Of a stretch of 64,000 nucleotides of DNA, positions 37,898 to 50,591 are shown one piece after another. The notes under the pieces were generated by a model. The model saw nothing but the letters and a program-made list of their open reading frames with translations. It did not search any database and had not been told where the DNA came from. Each line of letters starts with the position of its first letter. Position 1 is the first letter of the stretch. The DNA is from Leucoraja erinacea (taxonomy: Eukaryota): contig NC_073379.1 of the NCBI RefSeq assembly GCF_028641065.1, positions 21,886,001 through 21,950,000 on the forward strand, in the 5' to 3' direction. The position numbers and the translations under genes were made by a program.

Positions 37898-38834
37898 GTG
37901 AGTTTCTTTGTGAGGGAAGAGGGAGGAAGTGGGGGGGGTCACTGGTGGAGTAGATAAATGTTATCAAGTTATATTGCATTTATTACAAAGATACATTTTA
38001 GATGCCACATAAGGTTTAGAAAGGAGAAAATCTCACAACCCCAAGTTACTGTAGTAGTTGAAGTCAAAGTGAAGGTGTGCATCTCTATGTTTATGTTCTG
38101 TGATTAAGGTGAGAGGGGGGGGGTGGGGAGGCTTAATAGGAACGTGAGGGGCAACTTATTCATGCAGAGGGGCATTCGGACAAGTACATTAATGACATTT
38201 AAAAGACACTACAAGGATAGGATAGGTTTAAAGAGGTATATGCCAAATGCGGGCAAATGGACATGTTATGTTGGAGCTTCTTAGTCAGCTTGGATGAGTT
38301 GGGCCGAAGGGCCTGTTTACATGCTGTATGATTCTTTGGTTGGAGGATGTGGAAAGAAGAGACTGGGGAGGAATAGACAAAATGGCGATTGGGAGGAGGA
38401 GATCCAGGGATGAGAGATGGGAGGGAGAGACCAAGTGAGGGCGCAGCGGTAGAGTTGCTGCCTCATAGCGCCAGAGACCCGGATTCAATCCTGACAACAG
38501 GTACTGTCTGTACAGAGTGTGTACGAACTCCCTGTGACTACATGGATTTCCTCCCACATTGCGATGACTTACAGGTTTGTAGGTTAATTGGCTTCTATAA
38601 ATTGTCCCTTGTGTGGAGGAGAGAACTTGTTTACGGGGATCGCTGGTCAGTGGCGACTATGTGGGCTGAAGGGCCTGTTTCCACTCTGTTGCTCTAAAGT
38701 AAACTAAGGAAAGGTCTTGGGATGGTTGGGAACAGAGGCATGAATGGGGATGAGAAATAGTTGACCACCAACAGGAAGAAAGGTGGAGATGAATGTGCAG
38801 GAGTTAGAGGGAGGAATTATCACTAGGTTTCTTA

Positions 38835-39212
38835 TGGAAACTTACAACATTTTTAAGGGGTTGGACAGGCTAGATGCAGGAAGATTGTTCCTGATGTTGG
38901 GAAAGTCCAAAACTAGGGGTCACAGTTTAAGGATAAGAGGGAAGTCTTTTAGGACCTAGATGAGAAAATCATTTTTTACACGGTGAATCTGTGGAATACT
39001 CTGCCACAGAAGGTAGTTGAGGCAAGTTCATTGGCTATATTTAAGAGGGAGTTAGATGCGGCCCTTGTGGCTAAAGGGGTCAGGGGGTATGGAGAGAAGG
39101 AAGGGATGGGATACTGAGTTGGATGATCAGCCATGATCATATTGAATGGCGGTGCAGGCTCGAAGGGCCGAATGGCCTACTCCTGCACCCATTTTCTATG
39201 TTTCTATGTTTC
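38835..39212 (+). mobile_element. CR1 3' fragment with (TTTCTATG)n tail
   Basis: Near-identical family to 57693-58112(-) and 29569-29797. Confidence 0.8.
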
Positions 39213-39515
39213 AAGAACTGGAAAGACCCAGAGGGGGAATAAGTAGGAGACAGAGCCGCAGTGGTGGGCGAAGATCTGGAGGAAATGGGAGATGGCAGTG
39301 GCAGTGATGGAAGGGAGGGATAAAGGGGTAAGGGTGGAGGAGACTATAAAATGATGCTGAGTGATCGATCAGTATGCCTCATAACTTGGATGGAAACTCC
39401 ATCCACCTGAGGCAACTGGAATGCAACTGTTATAGCAGTACTACCTGTGACTGAAATGCCTGATCAACAATGGAACGATTCTCACAATACATCTCTTTTT
39501 TCTTTCTTCTTTTAG

Positions 39516-39546
39516 GAAAGGCAGAGTTTAACCCAACCAGCAAAAG
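39516..39546 (+). CDS. Siglec-15-like exon 4 (31-nt cytoplasmic exon)
   Basis: Long polypyrimidine tract plus tttAG, donor GTATGA; encodes GKAEFNPTSK(R); phase 1 to 2 bridges exons 3 and 5 exactly. Confidence 0.8.
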
Positions 39547-39761
39547 GTATGACGCAACCCTACAGTCTCTCCCATCTCAGCACACCAAACTGATCTTAAT
39601 GCTAAATTAATATACTTTATTATGATTTTGCCAGAATAACCTCTTAAACTACAAGCTTTATGGGAATGGGAAATACTGCCTCGCAGGATCAGGAAAGGGG
39701 CATGTTGGTGGGATCAGCACACTAAGGGAAATGGACAAATCATGTGGAGAATATCTTACAG

Positions 39762-39972
39762 CAGGGGTTCCCAACCTTTTCTGTCCTGTTCACCCCTGGA
39801 ATCTTTAATAGCACATAACAATGTTATTTCATTTATTTATGAACAACTAATGATGAACAGATACCGGTATAACAGAACCAAACACAATCAGTCAATGAGA
39901 AAAAGTATGTACAAATCCAGAATCAACAAATTTATCCCCTGGGGGTAAATTTACCCCAGATTGGGAACCTTG
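39762..39972. mobile_element. hAT (Charlie-like) MITE
   Basis: TIR CAGGGGTTCCCAA / TTGGGAACCTTG; 8-bp TSD TCTTACAG / CCTTACAG. Confidence 0.8.
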
Positions 39973-40664
39973 CCTTACAGGGCAAAATTGGTGGGAATAA
40001 TGGAGAGCATACATAAGTGTGATGAGGCCACACATGACTGCGGGTGGAAAAAATACATTTGGACAGGTACATTGATAGGAAATGGTTAATGGGATATAGG
40101 TCAAACGGTGGCCAATGGGACTAATGCCATTAGTTGGCATGAACAAGTTGGGCTGAAGGGCCTGTTTCCATTCTGAATGGCTCCATGACTCTAACTAGAG
40201 GATAAATGTAGAAGTAGAGACACTAAGTAGAAGCATGGTGAAAGAGCCCTTCGATACTTGCTTGTTCCGTAATAGCGACCAGTTGGGTTGTTAATGGAGC
40301 AATCATCTCCCAATGTCACCATTGGCCTTCCACAGAATCTAAATCACCTTCCTTCGAAATGAGTGCAAATGTTGGGACGTCATGATGCAGATGTACAAAT
40401 CATTAGTGAGACCGCACTTGGGAGCTTTGGTCATCCAACTACTGGAAGGATGTCGTTTTTGGAAAGGGTGGAGAATACATTCATGAAGATGTTCCCCAGA
40501 TTTGCAGGGTTGAGTTATAGGGAAAGATTGGATAGGTTAAGACTGTTTTCTTTGGAGCATAGGAGGCTGAGTGGAAACCTTGTTGAGGTGTAGAAGACCA
40601 TGAGCATGGATGAAGTGAAAGTTGACTGTATTTTCCCCACGGTAGAGGATTCTTAAACTAAATG

Positions 40665-40795
40665 NNNNNNNNNNNNNNNNNNNNNNNNNNNNNNNNNNNN
40701 NNNNNNNNNNNNNNNNNNNNNNNNNNNNNNNNNNNNNNNNNNNNNNNNNNNNNNNNNNNNNNNNNNNNNNNNNNNNNNNNNNNNNNNNNNNNNNN
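40665..40795. other. Assembly gap (131 N)
   Basis: Run of N within a CR1 fragment in intron 4 of the Siglec-like gene. Confidence 1.
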
Positions 40796-41887
40796 CCTTT
40801 CACGTCCCTTTCCTGGGGATAGAGGAAGCTATAAATGCGGATACAAATTGGATTTTTAAAGGACATTTGGGCACATTGGATATGAAAGCTTTGAAGGGCT
40901 ATGGGTCCAATGCAGGCAAATGGGACTAACCCAGAATACCAGCTTGGTATGTAAAGCATTGTATCAGGATGCATCACAGCTTGGTTTGGGAACAGCTCCG
41001 TCCAAGACCTCAGGACATTTCAGCAAATTGTGGACGTAGCCCGGACAATCAAACAAACCTACCTCCTTTCCATTGAATCCATTTATACCTCACGCTGCCT
41101 CAGGAAAGGCAGCAGCATAATCAATGATGATTCACACCCTGACAAAATCTCCCTCTTCTCCCCTTTCCCATCGGGCAAAAGGTAGAGAAGTATGATAATA
41201 GTTCCCAGCTGTTGTCTGGCGACTGACCCATCCTACCACAACTAGAGAGCAGTCCTAAACCACTATCTACCTCAATGGTGACCCTCAGACTATCTTTGAT
41301 CAGACTTTACTGGCTTTATCTTGCACTAAATATCATTCCCTTATCATGTATCTGTACACTGTGAATGGAAACATAGAAAAACAGATGCAGGAGTAGGCCA
41401 TTCGACCCTTCGAGCCAGTACCACCATTCAATAAGATCATGGCTGATCATCTAAAACCAGTACCCGGTTCATGCTTTGTCCCCATATCCCTTGATTCGTG
41501 TAGCCCTAAGAGCTAAATCTAACTCTCGGGAATGGCGTGATCCTTGATGGCTCTTTGGGAATGGTGCGATTGTAATGTATAGCCTTTCCACTGACTGGTC
41601 AGCACGCAACAAAAGCTTTGCACTGTACATCGGTACACCTGCCAATAAATTGAAACTGGTGGTCGGCAAGGATAAGGTGGGCCAAAGGGCTTGTTTCCGT
41701 GCTGTATAGCGCTATGATCCTTCTTATTTAGATGGTTATGTGTCCTCACCACTGACGGGGTGAGAGTTGACCAACTGTGGGTTATATGAGCCCAAATTAG
41801 CACTGGGTTCGGGGTGATGGGTGATGAGTGAGCTGCAGTGTTAGTTATCACAGTTGTCTAACTCAATCTCTTGCTATCCTCCCACAG

Positions 41888-42197
41888 GGCCCAGCGCAGT
41901 TCGCAGCAGTATTCAACAGTTAGCTTGTGCCAGCAGCAGCAAATACCATCAGGTAACTGGGCCATCAATGGAACCACCGGAACTGGGGCAGAAACTACAG
42001 GGGCGGAAACTACAGGGACAATATTTGGCTGGGATGCGTGCGGGCAATTGCGTGGCGAGCGGAGTGCACTCGAGAGATTTCCAAAGAAGGGGCGGATTGC
42101 GGACGGGAGTTCCCGGGTGGGGGGCACAATAAGTCAGGGAGATTTAGGGTGGACTGACCAGGGTTCTTGTTGGTTTTGTGTGTTCCACTGGGAGTAG
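41888..42197 (+). CDS. Siglec-15-like exon 5 (cytoplasmic YSTV motif); 3' end uncertain
   Basis: Acceptor cccacAG, phase 2; RAQRSSQQYSTVSL. It either reads to the stop at 42197 (396-aa protein) or splices at CAG|GTAACT after 41952. Confidence 0.7.
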
Positions 42198-42489
42198 GGT
42201 GGTTGGGACTTTGGGACTCGGTGGCAGAGGTGGGGCCGGAGCTGAGGTTCAGGGGTGTCGGGGGCAAGGGGGAGGGGGGGGGGCGGGGTGTGGTGATCGC
42301 TGCTGGGCTCAAGATGTTGATCTGGAATGAACGCCTCTCTTTCAGTGGTGCCCTGCGCGTCAGTGCAGGACACTGAGGGCAGCGATAAAGTACCAGAGGC
42401 TGGCACCGTGAGTTAACACAGCAGCAGAGAAACACAGCTCGGAACCCACTTCATCGGACAGACTCACTTTCAGAACAAACGGTCTTGTG

Positions 42490-42709
42490 TGAGTCTGAGT
42501 GTGTGTGTGTGTGTGTGGGGCCACTGAGTGTTTGAGTGATGAGCGTACGGGCGAGAGGTTGTGATTGTGTGAATACAACTGAGTGTGTGTCTGTATGTCA
42601 CTGTGTGTATGTGTTAGTGTGTCTAAATGTGTGTGTAGGTGAGGAGTGTGTTTGTGCGGAGTGTGTGTTTTTACCAGCATTTGCGTCAGTATGCGTGAGA
42701 GATGGCAAA

Positions 42710-42761
<52 letters not shown>

Positions 42762-42770
42762 GAGAGTGAA
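42490..42770. repeat. (TG)n-rich and (GA)n microsatellites
   Basis: Direct inspection; (GA)n at ~42713-42765. Confidence 0.95.
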
Positions 42771-44430
42771 AATATTCCAAGGAGTGTGTTTTACCAGTGC
42801 ATGTGTATGTGTAGCAACAAGGAACTGCTGATGCCAGTTTACCAAGGAAAGACACAAAGTGCTGGAGTAACTCAGCAGGCCAGGAAGCATCTGTGGAGAA
42901 TATGGACGGGTGACGTGTGTCTGAGTGAGAGAGTCATTGTGCTTACTGACAAACACCATGTACAGTGTGTGTCAATGTGTATGTCTGTGTATCTGTCAGT
43001 GAAAGTGTTTACTGTGTCAGACTGTGTTAGTCTGTCTGTGCGCAAGTAAGTGTGTGCGTGCCAGTGAGTGTTTACGTGTGTGAATGCTGGTGTGTGTAAG
43101 TTTGAGTGTGTGGAAATGCAGTGAGTGCCCGGGATGAATTGCTGCCTTTAAAGATTCCGCCGATGTGTCCAGCACACAGGGAGGCTTGGAGCGACAACGC
43201 ATGCTCCCGTGTGCTCCGCTCCCCGCTTCAGCCGCCTGCTCTCAGTGTCGCATGGACAAGGAAGCACCAATCTGCAGCGCCGAAAGTCAACGGGATCAGC
43301 AGCCCCTGGTCCCGGTGGGAAGACGCCGGCGAGCCTTCAGACTGTGGGGTCGTGCCCCCTTGTGCAGCGGGGCAGGACTGGAGGTCATGAAGGGCTGTTC
43401 TAATCTATCATGTTCTATGTTTTAATCTAATCAGCCGCTCTAATCTATCAACATATGACAGTCCCGGCATCCTGGGAATTAACCTTGTGAACTCCCTCAA
43501 TAGCAAGAATAGGGCTCAGGGCTTCAGTTCTGAAGATAATAGACTGGGCTGCAGGCAGTCAATGGTTCATTATACCATCACATGGTGTCAAGGTGCAGTG
43601 ACATTCTTTTTTTTTGCATATAGATTAGTAACCATATACCCACACATAAGTAAAATCCCCGATTACTCACATAATGCATGGAATCAGCCCACATAGCCCG
43701 TATGCAAGAGTTGCCAGGTTTTGGCGCTACTTTCAAAGTCCCAGCTGCAGCTGGCCATAAAGGCCTCCATCCAGCTAGTCCAGCAAACCGTCGCCCCTCT
43801 CCTCGCCCAGCCATCTTTAGCCTTTATGGCCCAAGGGGGCATCTCCCGCAGTCGACCTTATGGGCGCGGAAGGTAAGATCCCCCCTCCCCCAGTTCTCTT
43901 ACTGGCCCTTTTTCCAGCATCCGCCACGTCGCCGTCCTTCCACCCACCTCTACGCTTCCCTGTCTTCGGGGGCGAACGGGAGATGAGCCTTCCACTCTAG
44001 GCTGGGTTTCACGATCCCGCGGCAGGCGAACCAGGCCCCGCGGCCTGCTAGGGTACGGCAGCAGAACCATCAAAGCAGCCTTCCAAAGACATGGGAGTTA
44101 GCAGGTTAATCAGCATCTGTAAATTGTCCCTCGTGAACAGGGTGATCGCTGGTCAGTGCTGACTCGGTGGGCCGAAGGGCCTGTTTTCACACTGTATTTC
44201 TAAACTAAACGTAACCACTACATGGGTATCAACGCAGGGCTACACAGGGACCCAATCGCCATGTGATGGCATCGACAGAGCTAGGTTTGGGGGGGATGAG
44301 TTGAGATGCAGGTTCACCATGGTCTGGTCACTCCAACAGCCCAGATTCCCCCAGCCTCGGTGGACATTCCCGCCAGTCGCTGGATGCTTTGCAACCACCA
44401 GTGGAACTGGTGCTTTGGGATTCATATTAA

Positions 44431-45085
44431 AGGCCCTGTCCCACTTAAGTGAAATTGGCAAGCAAATTACACGTTGAGGCACACGGGCAACGTATGGCTG
44501 CGCGGGGCCAGTCCCACTGAGAAGCGCAGAGTGGTATGGAGTTGTGCGCGGTATCGCGAGGCGCTCCGAAATTTTGTGGCAAACAAAATCTTCGCACGCC
44601 ACCGGCCTGATGTGTAACTAACGGCCAAAGTGGGACAGGCCCAAGACCCTGGGGGGATGCAACGTCTCACCTCCAACAGCAGCAGAAGCAGGCAAACGAT
44701 CATCGAACTCAGCCTGCGGCTCACGGCCGTTGCAGATCCGGATCCGCCCCCACTACTACTCCCAGAGCAGGGCCAAGAAAATTGAAGATAGACACAAAAT
44801 GCAGGAGTAACTCAGCAGGACCGGCAGCATCTCTGGAGAGAAGGAATGGGTGACGTTTCGGGTCAGACTGAAGAAGAGTTTCGACACGAAACATCACCCA
44901 TTGCTTTTCTCCAGAGATGCTGCCGGTCCCGCTGAGTTACTCCTGCATTATGTGTCCATCTTCAACTGACGTCATGCGCTCCAGACGGCTGTGTGGGCGC
45001 ATGAAGTCGCGCGGGGCTGTCACGCCTCAACGCGACCACAAGGTCATGTAATTAGCATGCCAAGGACACGTAAGTGGGACGGGAT
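44431..45085. mobile_element. Harbinger-type MITE with a nested inverted hammerhead unit (~44786-44965)
   Basis: AGGCCCTGTCCCACTT...AAGTGGGACGGGAT with TAA TSD; the right subterminal sequence matches 59640-59694. Confidence 0.75.
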
Positions 45086-45734
45086 TAAGACATGGGAGTT
45101 GGCCAGTCGGCCTCTCAAGCCTGGATCACCAGTAAATAAACTCAGCGATGATCCAATATTGGAGTCAACTCCACTGTTACACCCTCTACCCATAAACGTT
45201 ACCTCTCTTGGGTTCTGTCAGTCTGTGGTGAAAATAGAGTCATAGAGGAGTACAGCATGGGAATAGATCCTTGGGACAACCTCGTCCATGCCAAACTAGT
45301 TGGCTTACTGAGCTGCTCACATTTGTCTGCATTTGACACATGGCCCTCCAAATCCTTCTTACCCATGTATCTATCCAAATGTCTTTCGGCAGTCATAACT
45401 GTATCAGCTACGATATTGAAAGATATTGAATTAAATTATTTCCAGCAACCTTTCTTTAATGTTTCTGTTGAATGGCATTTAAGTATTCTGAAGAAGAGTC
45501 TTGACCCAAAACGCCTATTTCCTTCGCTCCATAGATGCTGCCTCACCCGCTGAGTTTTTTATCTACCTTCATGTATTCCAACTGTTGCTTTACTCCAGTA
45601 AGTCAGCATTGAGGATAAAAATCAGAGCGATTTTCAGCTTTTCACAAAAGACTTCCCAAGCAATGCACAATATGGAATCTCTGTTTAGAGGCCTATCCTT
45701 TGTGCAGAATCGAAATTCATATTTCATATGAAAT

Positions 45735-46370
45735 CCAAATTTCATAGCGAGAGGATTTGAATATAGCAGCAAGGAGGTCCTTCTGTAGTTGTACAGGGCC
45801 CTGGTGAGACCGCACCTGGAGTATTGTGTGCAGTTTTGATCTCCTAGTTTGAGGAAGGACATTCTTGCTATTGAGGGAGTGCAGCAAAGGTTCACCAGGT
45901 TAATTCACGGGACGGCGGGACTGGCATATGATGAAAGAATGGATCGATTGGGCTTATATTCACTGGAATTTAGAAGCATGAGAGGGGATCTTATAGAAAC
46001 ATAAAATTCTTAAAGGATTGGACATGCTAGATGCAGGAAAATAAAACCCCGATGTTGGGGGAGTCCAGAACCAGGGGTCACAGTTTAAGAATAAGGGGTT
46101 GGCCATTTAGGATTGAGATGGGGAAAATCTTTTTCATCCAGACCATTGTGAATCTGTGGAATTCTCTGCCACAGAAGGCAGTGGAGGCAAATTCATTAGA
46201 TGTGTTCAAGAGAGAGTTGGATATAGCTCTTTGGGCTAACGGAATCAAGGGATATGGGGGGAAAGCAGGAACAGGGTACTGATACTGGATGATCAGCCAT
46301 GGTCATATTGAATGGTGGTACTGGCTCAAAGGGCCGAATGGCCTACTCCTGCACCTATTTTCTGTTTTTG
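45735..46370 (+). mobile_element. CR1 3' fragment
   Basis: LYRALVRPHLEYCVQF and SRTRGHSLRIRG motifs. Confidence 0.85.
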
Positions 46371-48646
46371 TTTCCTGTCCTGTGATTCACAGTGGATGAT
46401 TTATCCACTACAGTGTAATGCACAGTTGCACTTTAAACTCGTTGCACTCACTGCCCACTTTACTGAGTGAATGCATTGCTGCCGGGAATGGGTCATGCCA
46501 GAGTATCGTTGTTATGTCAACAATCATCGGTTAACATAAATAAAGAATGCTATTGGTTCACACTGTGTAAAACATTAACCGATATGTAAAGGCGAGTTAG
46601 TACTAAAAGACACGTGAAGAGAAGGAAATTACACTTTTTTTTGAGGAATCAGCACACTATGGATGCTGGTTTACTAAAAGAACACAGTGCTGGAGTAAGC
46701 AAGTCAGGCAGCATCTCTGGTGAACACGGATAGATGACGTTTCAGGTTGGGAACCATCTTCAGACTGATTGGTGTGGGTGTGGGTAGACGGTTGGCGGCG
46801 CGACTCTCGTCAGCAGCGGCCTCTGCAACCCGTCTGAATTTTTATTATTTTTTGTCTATGTTTTTATGTAGTTTTTGTTATTTTTTGTTGGGGTATGTGT
46901 GTGGGGGGGTTGGGGTGGGGTGGGAGGGAGGGGGTAACCTTTAATCTCTCCCTTCACGGGAGACCCGACCTTTTCTTTGTCGGGTCTCCGTTGTCGTTGG
47001 GGCTGCAACGAGGAGTGGCCTCCAACAGGAAGACCGGGGGCTCTGGTGCCGACGCGTCGCGGAGCTGGTCGAGTCCAGAGCGGGTGTAGCGGTGGTGGGG
47101 CGCTGCTGCTGCTGCGGCCCGACCTCCGGAGATTCGGAGGCTGCAACTGCGGGTCTGGCGGACGGCAGCACCGGGAGCCCGCGGGTCCCTGGAGGGAGAC
47201 CGCTTTTCAGGGCTCTCGCAACGGCCACTTCTCCCGCCCGAGTTGCGGGGTCGAAGAGCTCCTGGAGCGGGGCCTGACATCACCGCCCCGCGCGGCTTGG
47301 AATGGCCGCGGGACTCTGCGAGCGCACGCCGGGGGCTCTAACATCAAGAACCCGGCGTGCGACCTTGCATCACCCGGCGTGGCTTTAATGGTCGCGGGAC
47401 AATCGCCATCGCCAGCCGGGGGCTTTGTCTTTGACTCTGACATGGGGGGGGAGAGAGTGCAGTGGAGAGATAAGTTTATTTGACCTTCCATCACAGCAAT
47501 GTGATGGATGTTTATGTAAATTATGTTGTGTCTTGGGTCTATTTGTTTGTAATGTTTGGCTGCAGAAACGTCATTTCGTTTGGACCTCAAGGGGTCCAAA
47601 TGACAAACAAATTGTATCTTGTATCTTGTGTGGGTGGGAGAGAAAGCTGGAAGGGCAGGATAAAGAGGCAGGATAAGTATGGTAAGCGAGACAAAGTGCC
47701 GGTGAAACTCAGCAGGTCAGACAGCATCTCTGGAGAACATGGACAGATAATGTTTCAGGTCGGGACATTTTTTTCAGACCGAAACGTCACCTATCCATGA
47801 ATTCCAGCGATACTACCTGACTTACTCCAGTACTTGGGTCCTTTTTGCGTATTCACGAGATTTGCAGTTCTTTGTTTCTACACCTGGTAAATGAGAGGTG
47901 GATACAGGTGAGAGGTCGGGTTCATTGACAGGTGGGTATAAGTGACAATGGCTAGAGAGGAAAAGGAAACAATAGGATGGCAGATGAGGAGAGAAGAAAA
48001 GTGCAACGTGAAGCCAGAGGAAGGGATGTATGTGGAAGGGGACGGTGGGTGGAAATGGGAAATATGTGTGCGCACTGGGATAGGGCAAAGAGAGGGTAAA
48101 AAGAGGGGTGGGGGGGGGGTGTTAGCTAAAATTGGAGAATTCACGATTCATACCTGTGGCAGATTAATTTAGAGGGAAATAAAAGGAAAAACACAAAGTT
48201 ATAGACTTTGCAGGTTTGCTTCAAGAGACCTTATTGCATGATATCATGGAGAGACGGTGGCAGAAATGTCTGACTTCACAGCAGAAATGGCCGACAGTTA
48301 TACTGTGCAATAAACAATGTTTGTATTTTGTTATATTCAGCCATATGAAAATATATTATCTACCTCATGGAGATCAATTATTTCATTAGACATAACATAC
48401 GTTTTGCTTATGTTAATCTTATTCCAACACCAGAAGGTTAATACAAGTCAAGCACGACTTCCGGTGGCGGCATGCTTTGCTAGCAGTCGCAAACCTTTTA
48501 GCTCCGCTGAAAAAATCGCGATTTTTCGCGTTAAATCGGGTCTGGAGGTCGGGACCGATCTTAAAGACTTACCGGAGTTTCATGTCGCGGTGCTGATGAC
48601 GTCATTAGTAAGTGCCGTGGATTTAACGGAGGGAAACCGATTTTAA

Positions 48647-49657
48647 ATGAAAAATACAGCTACAGGTCAGAGCCCTCAGAGGAAAGTGATAAAACAACTT
48701 CTGAAGACTAAGGAACACCAAGAAACTGCAACACTAACCTCTGGAGTGGATTCTGGAATGGCTACACGATCTAAGACTGAGTTGATCACAAAAGAGAAAA
48801 CTGAAATGGAGGAATTAAGGAACTCGGTAAGAGATTTGAAAGAGGATGTGAAAGCTGGAAATTTAAACTTGATTGCTGGTAATGAAAAAATACTCGCGGG
48901 CATTGGCGCTCTGCAAAAAAAAGTTGATGATGTGCAAGAAGAGCTAACGGGGAAAATTACTAAGGTGGCAGAAGAGTCCACAAAGATGTTTGAGGCTGTG
49001 CATGAAACTATTTCCGCAAATGCAAATGCAGTGAAAGATTTGGAAGCTGTTGTGGAAGAGATGGCTGGAGAAATGGAGGCAATGAAGTCAGAATTACACA
49101 GCCTTAAGAGCCAATTTACAAAAATATCTGATAAATGTGTTGAACTAGAAGCTCGCTCAAGACGTCAAAATATACGAATACGTGGAGTGAAAGAGGGAGC
49201 TGAGGGGGAAAACGCTCGTGAGTACACTGCCAATTTAATTAAACATGTACTCAATTTACCTGAAGCACCAGTAATTGAAGAAGCACATCGACTACCTAGA
49301 TTTAAACCAAGATTCCAAGGAGAACAAGCCTACCCACGACAGATTATAGTCAAACTTCGGGATATCCCAACAGTGGAAGCGCTGTTGAAAAAAATTAAAT
49401 ACGGAGAGAAGATGATATATGGAAATGATTCTATTAAACTTCTACGGGACTACCCTTATGAGATTGTGCTAAAGAGAAGAAAGTTCTCACAGACCAGAGA
49501 AGCTCTCTACGGTGTCAAGGGCGTCATATCTGGAGTGTTTTATCCGGCTAGGATGCGTATCACTTTTAAGGGAATCTCAAAAACATTTACTAATCCGGTA
49601 GAATCCCTTAAATACGCTAAAGAAATCGTTGCTAAGGCAGCTGCAGAAGAAGATTGA
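48647..49657 (+). CDS. L1 ORF1p (coiled coil plus RRM), intact 336 aa
   Basis: Heptad-rich N-terminal half; LEARSRRQNIRIRGVKE, AHR, PRQIIVKL and YPARMRI motifs. Confidence 0.92.
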   Translation: MKNTATGQSPQRKVIKQLLKTKEHQETATLTSGVDSGMATRSKTELITKEKTEMEELRNSVRDLKEDVKAGNLNLIAGNEKILAGIGALQKKVDDVQEELTGKITKVAEESTKMFEAVHETISANANAVKDLEAVVEEMAGEMEAMKSELHSLKSQFTKISDKCVELEARSRRQNIRIRGVKEGAEGENAREYTANLIKHVLNLPEAPVIEEAHRLPRFKPRFQGEQAYPRQIIVKLRDIPTVEALLKKIKYGEKMIYGNDSIKLLRDYPYEIVLKRRKFSQTREALYGVKGVISGVFYPARMRITFKGISKTFTNPVESLKYAKEIVAKAAAEED

Positions 49658-50591
49658 TCACCAGACGTCATGAACTAATTAATGTGCTTATTCCCCCAAC
49701 AAGAATATTAGTAGAAAATGTAAAAAGTGAATAACATCAAGATTTAAAAATGGCTATTTGCAACAGATTTTCCATGAGACTTGTCTAGACATTATAATCT
49801 TCTCTCGAATTTAATTCAAGGACATGCGATGTTTAAGCCAGGATAACAGAAGTATGCAGATCTGCCGAAGCTGAGAGAGAGTGAAAAACATCACATGGCC
49901 TACATATTTTCACAGACTGTTACAAAATATAGAGAATTATTACTAATTAATTACTAACAATACTAATACATAATACATAAACTGTTATTGATAAATATGT
50001 GTTATAACGTAGATAACATTGTAATCTCACAGGTTCCGCAGCTCGAGTGGGGAGGGGAAGAAACTCAGACACCTGGCTTAATTCCAGGAGCCTGACTCTG
50101 GTTAACCCTTTCAACGAACAGCTCACTTTTAACAATACTAAAACCAATTACAAATAGTTAAGAGATAAAGAGAGAGGAATATGTGTAACTGAATAATTGA
50201 TTAGATTTGATAAGTCGGAATGAAACATATATATATATATATACTGCAATGGGGTGAAATAGAACTGATTTGGAAACGGTACCTACCCCCTAGGTTATGA
50301 GCAATAAATTCAGCGGGGCTAACCTCATAACAGCTACGCCGGAAGCAATATTGATGTCATATCCCACAGACGAGTGGGCCACTCACTACGGTGTCGGAAA
50401 TCCAGACACCGTACATTTATTTTATATACTTTTTTTTTTTACTACAATATGTCACATTTATGTGTTTTTTTTTCAAGGACAATCGCAGAGGGGAACTACC
50501 AAGAAAGTCTATAATATAAATGCTTCCAAAATAACCAGAGTCCTGAGGTATGGATGCACCATAATAAGTACGGTCATTAAAATTGGTAAAA

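Noticed and set aside
41900-41925. YSTV as a canonical ITIM or ITSM
   Set aside because: The Y-2 residue is Gln, not I/V/L/S/T; reported only as a YxxV motif.
48317-48646. 109-aa ORF abutting L1 ORF1
   Set aside because: It crosses the TSD from flank into the L1 5'UTR, so it is a chance fusion.
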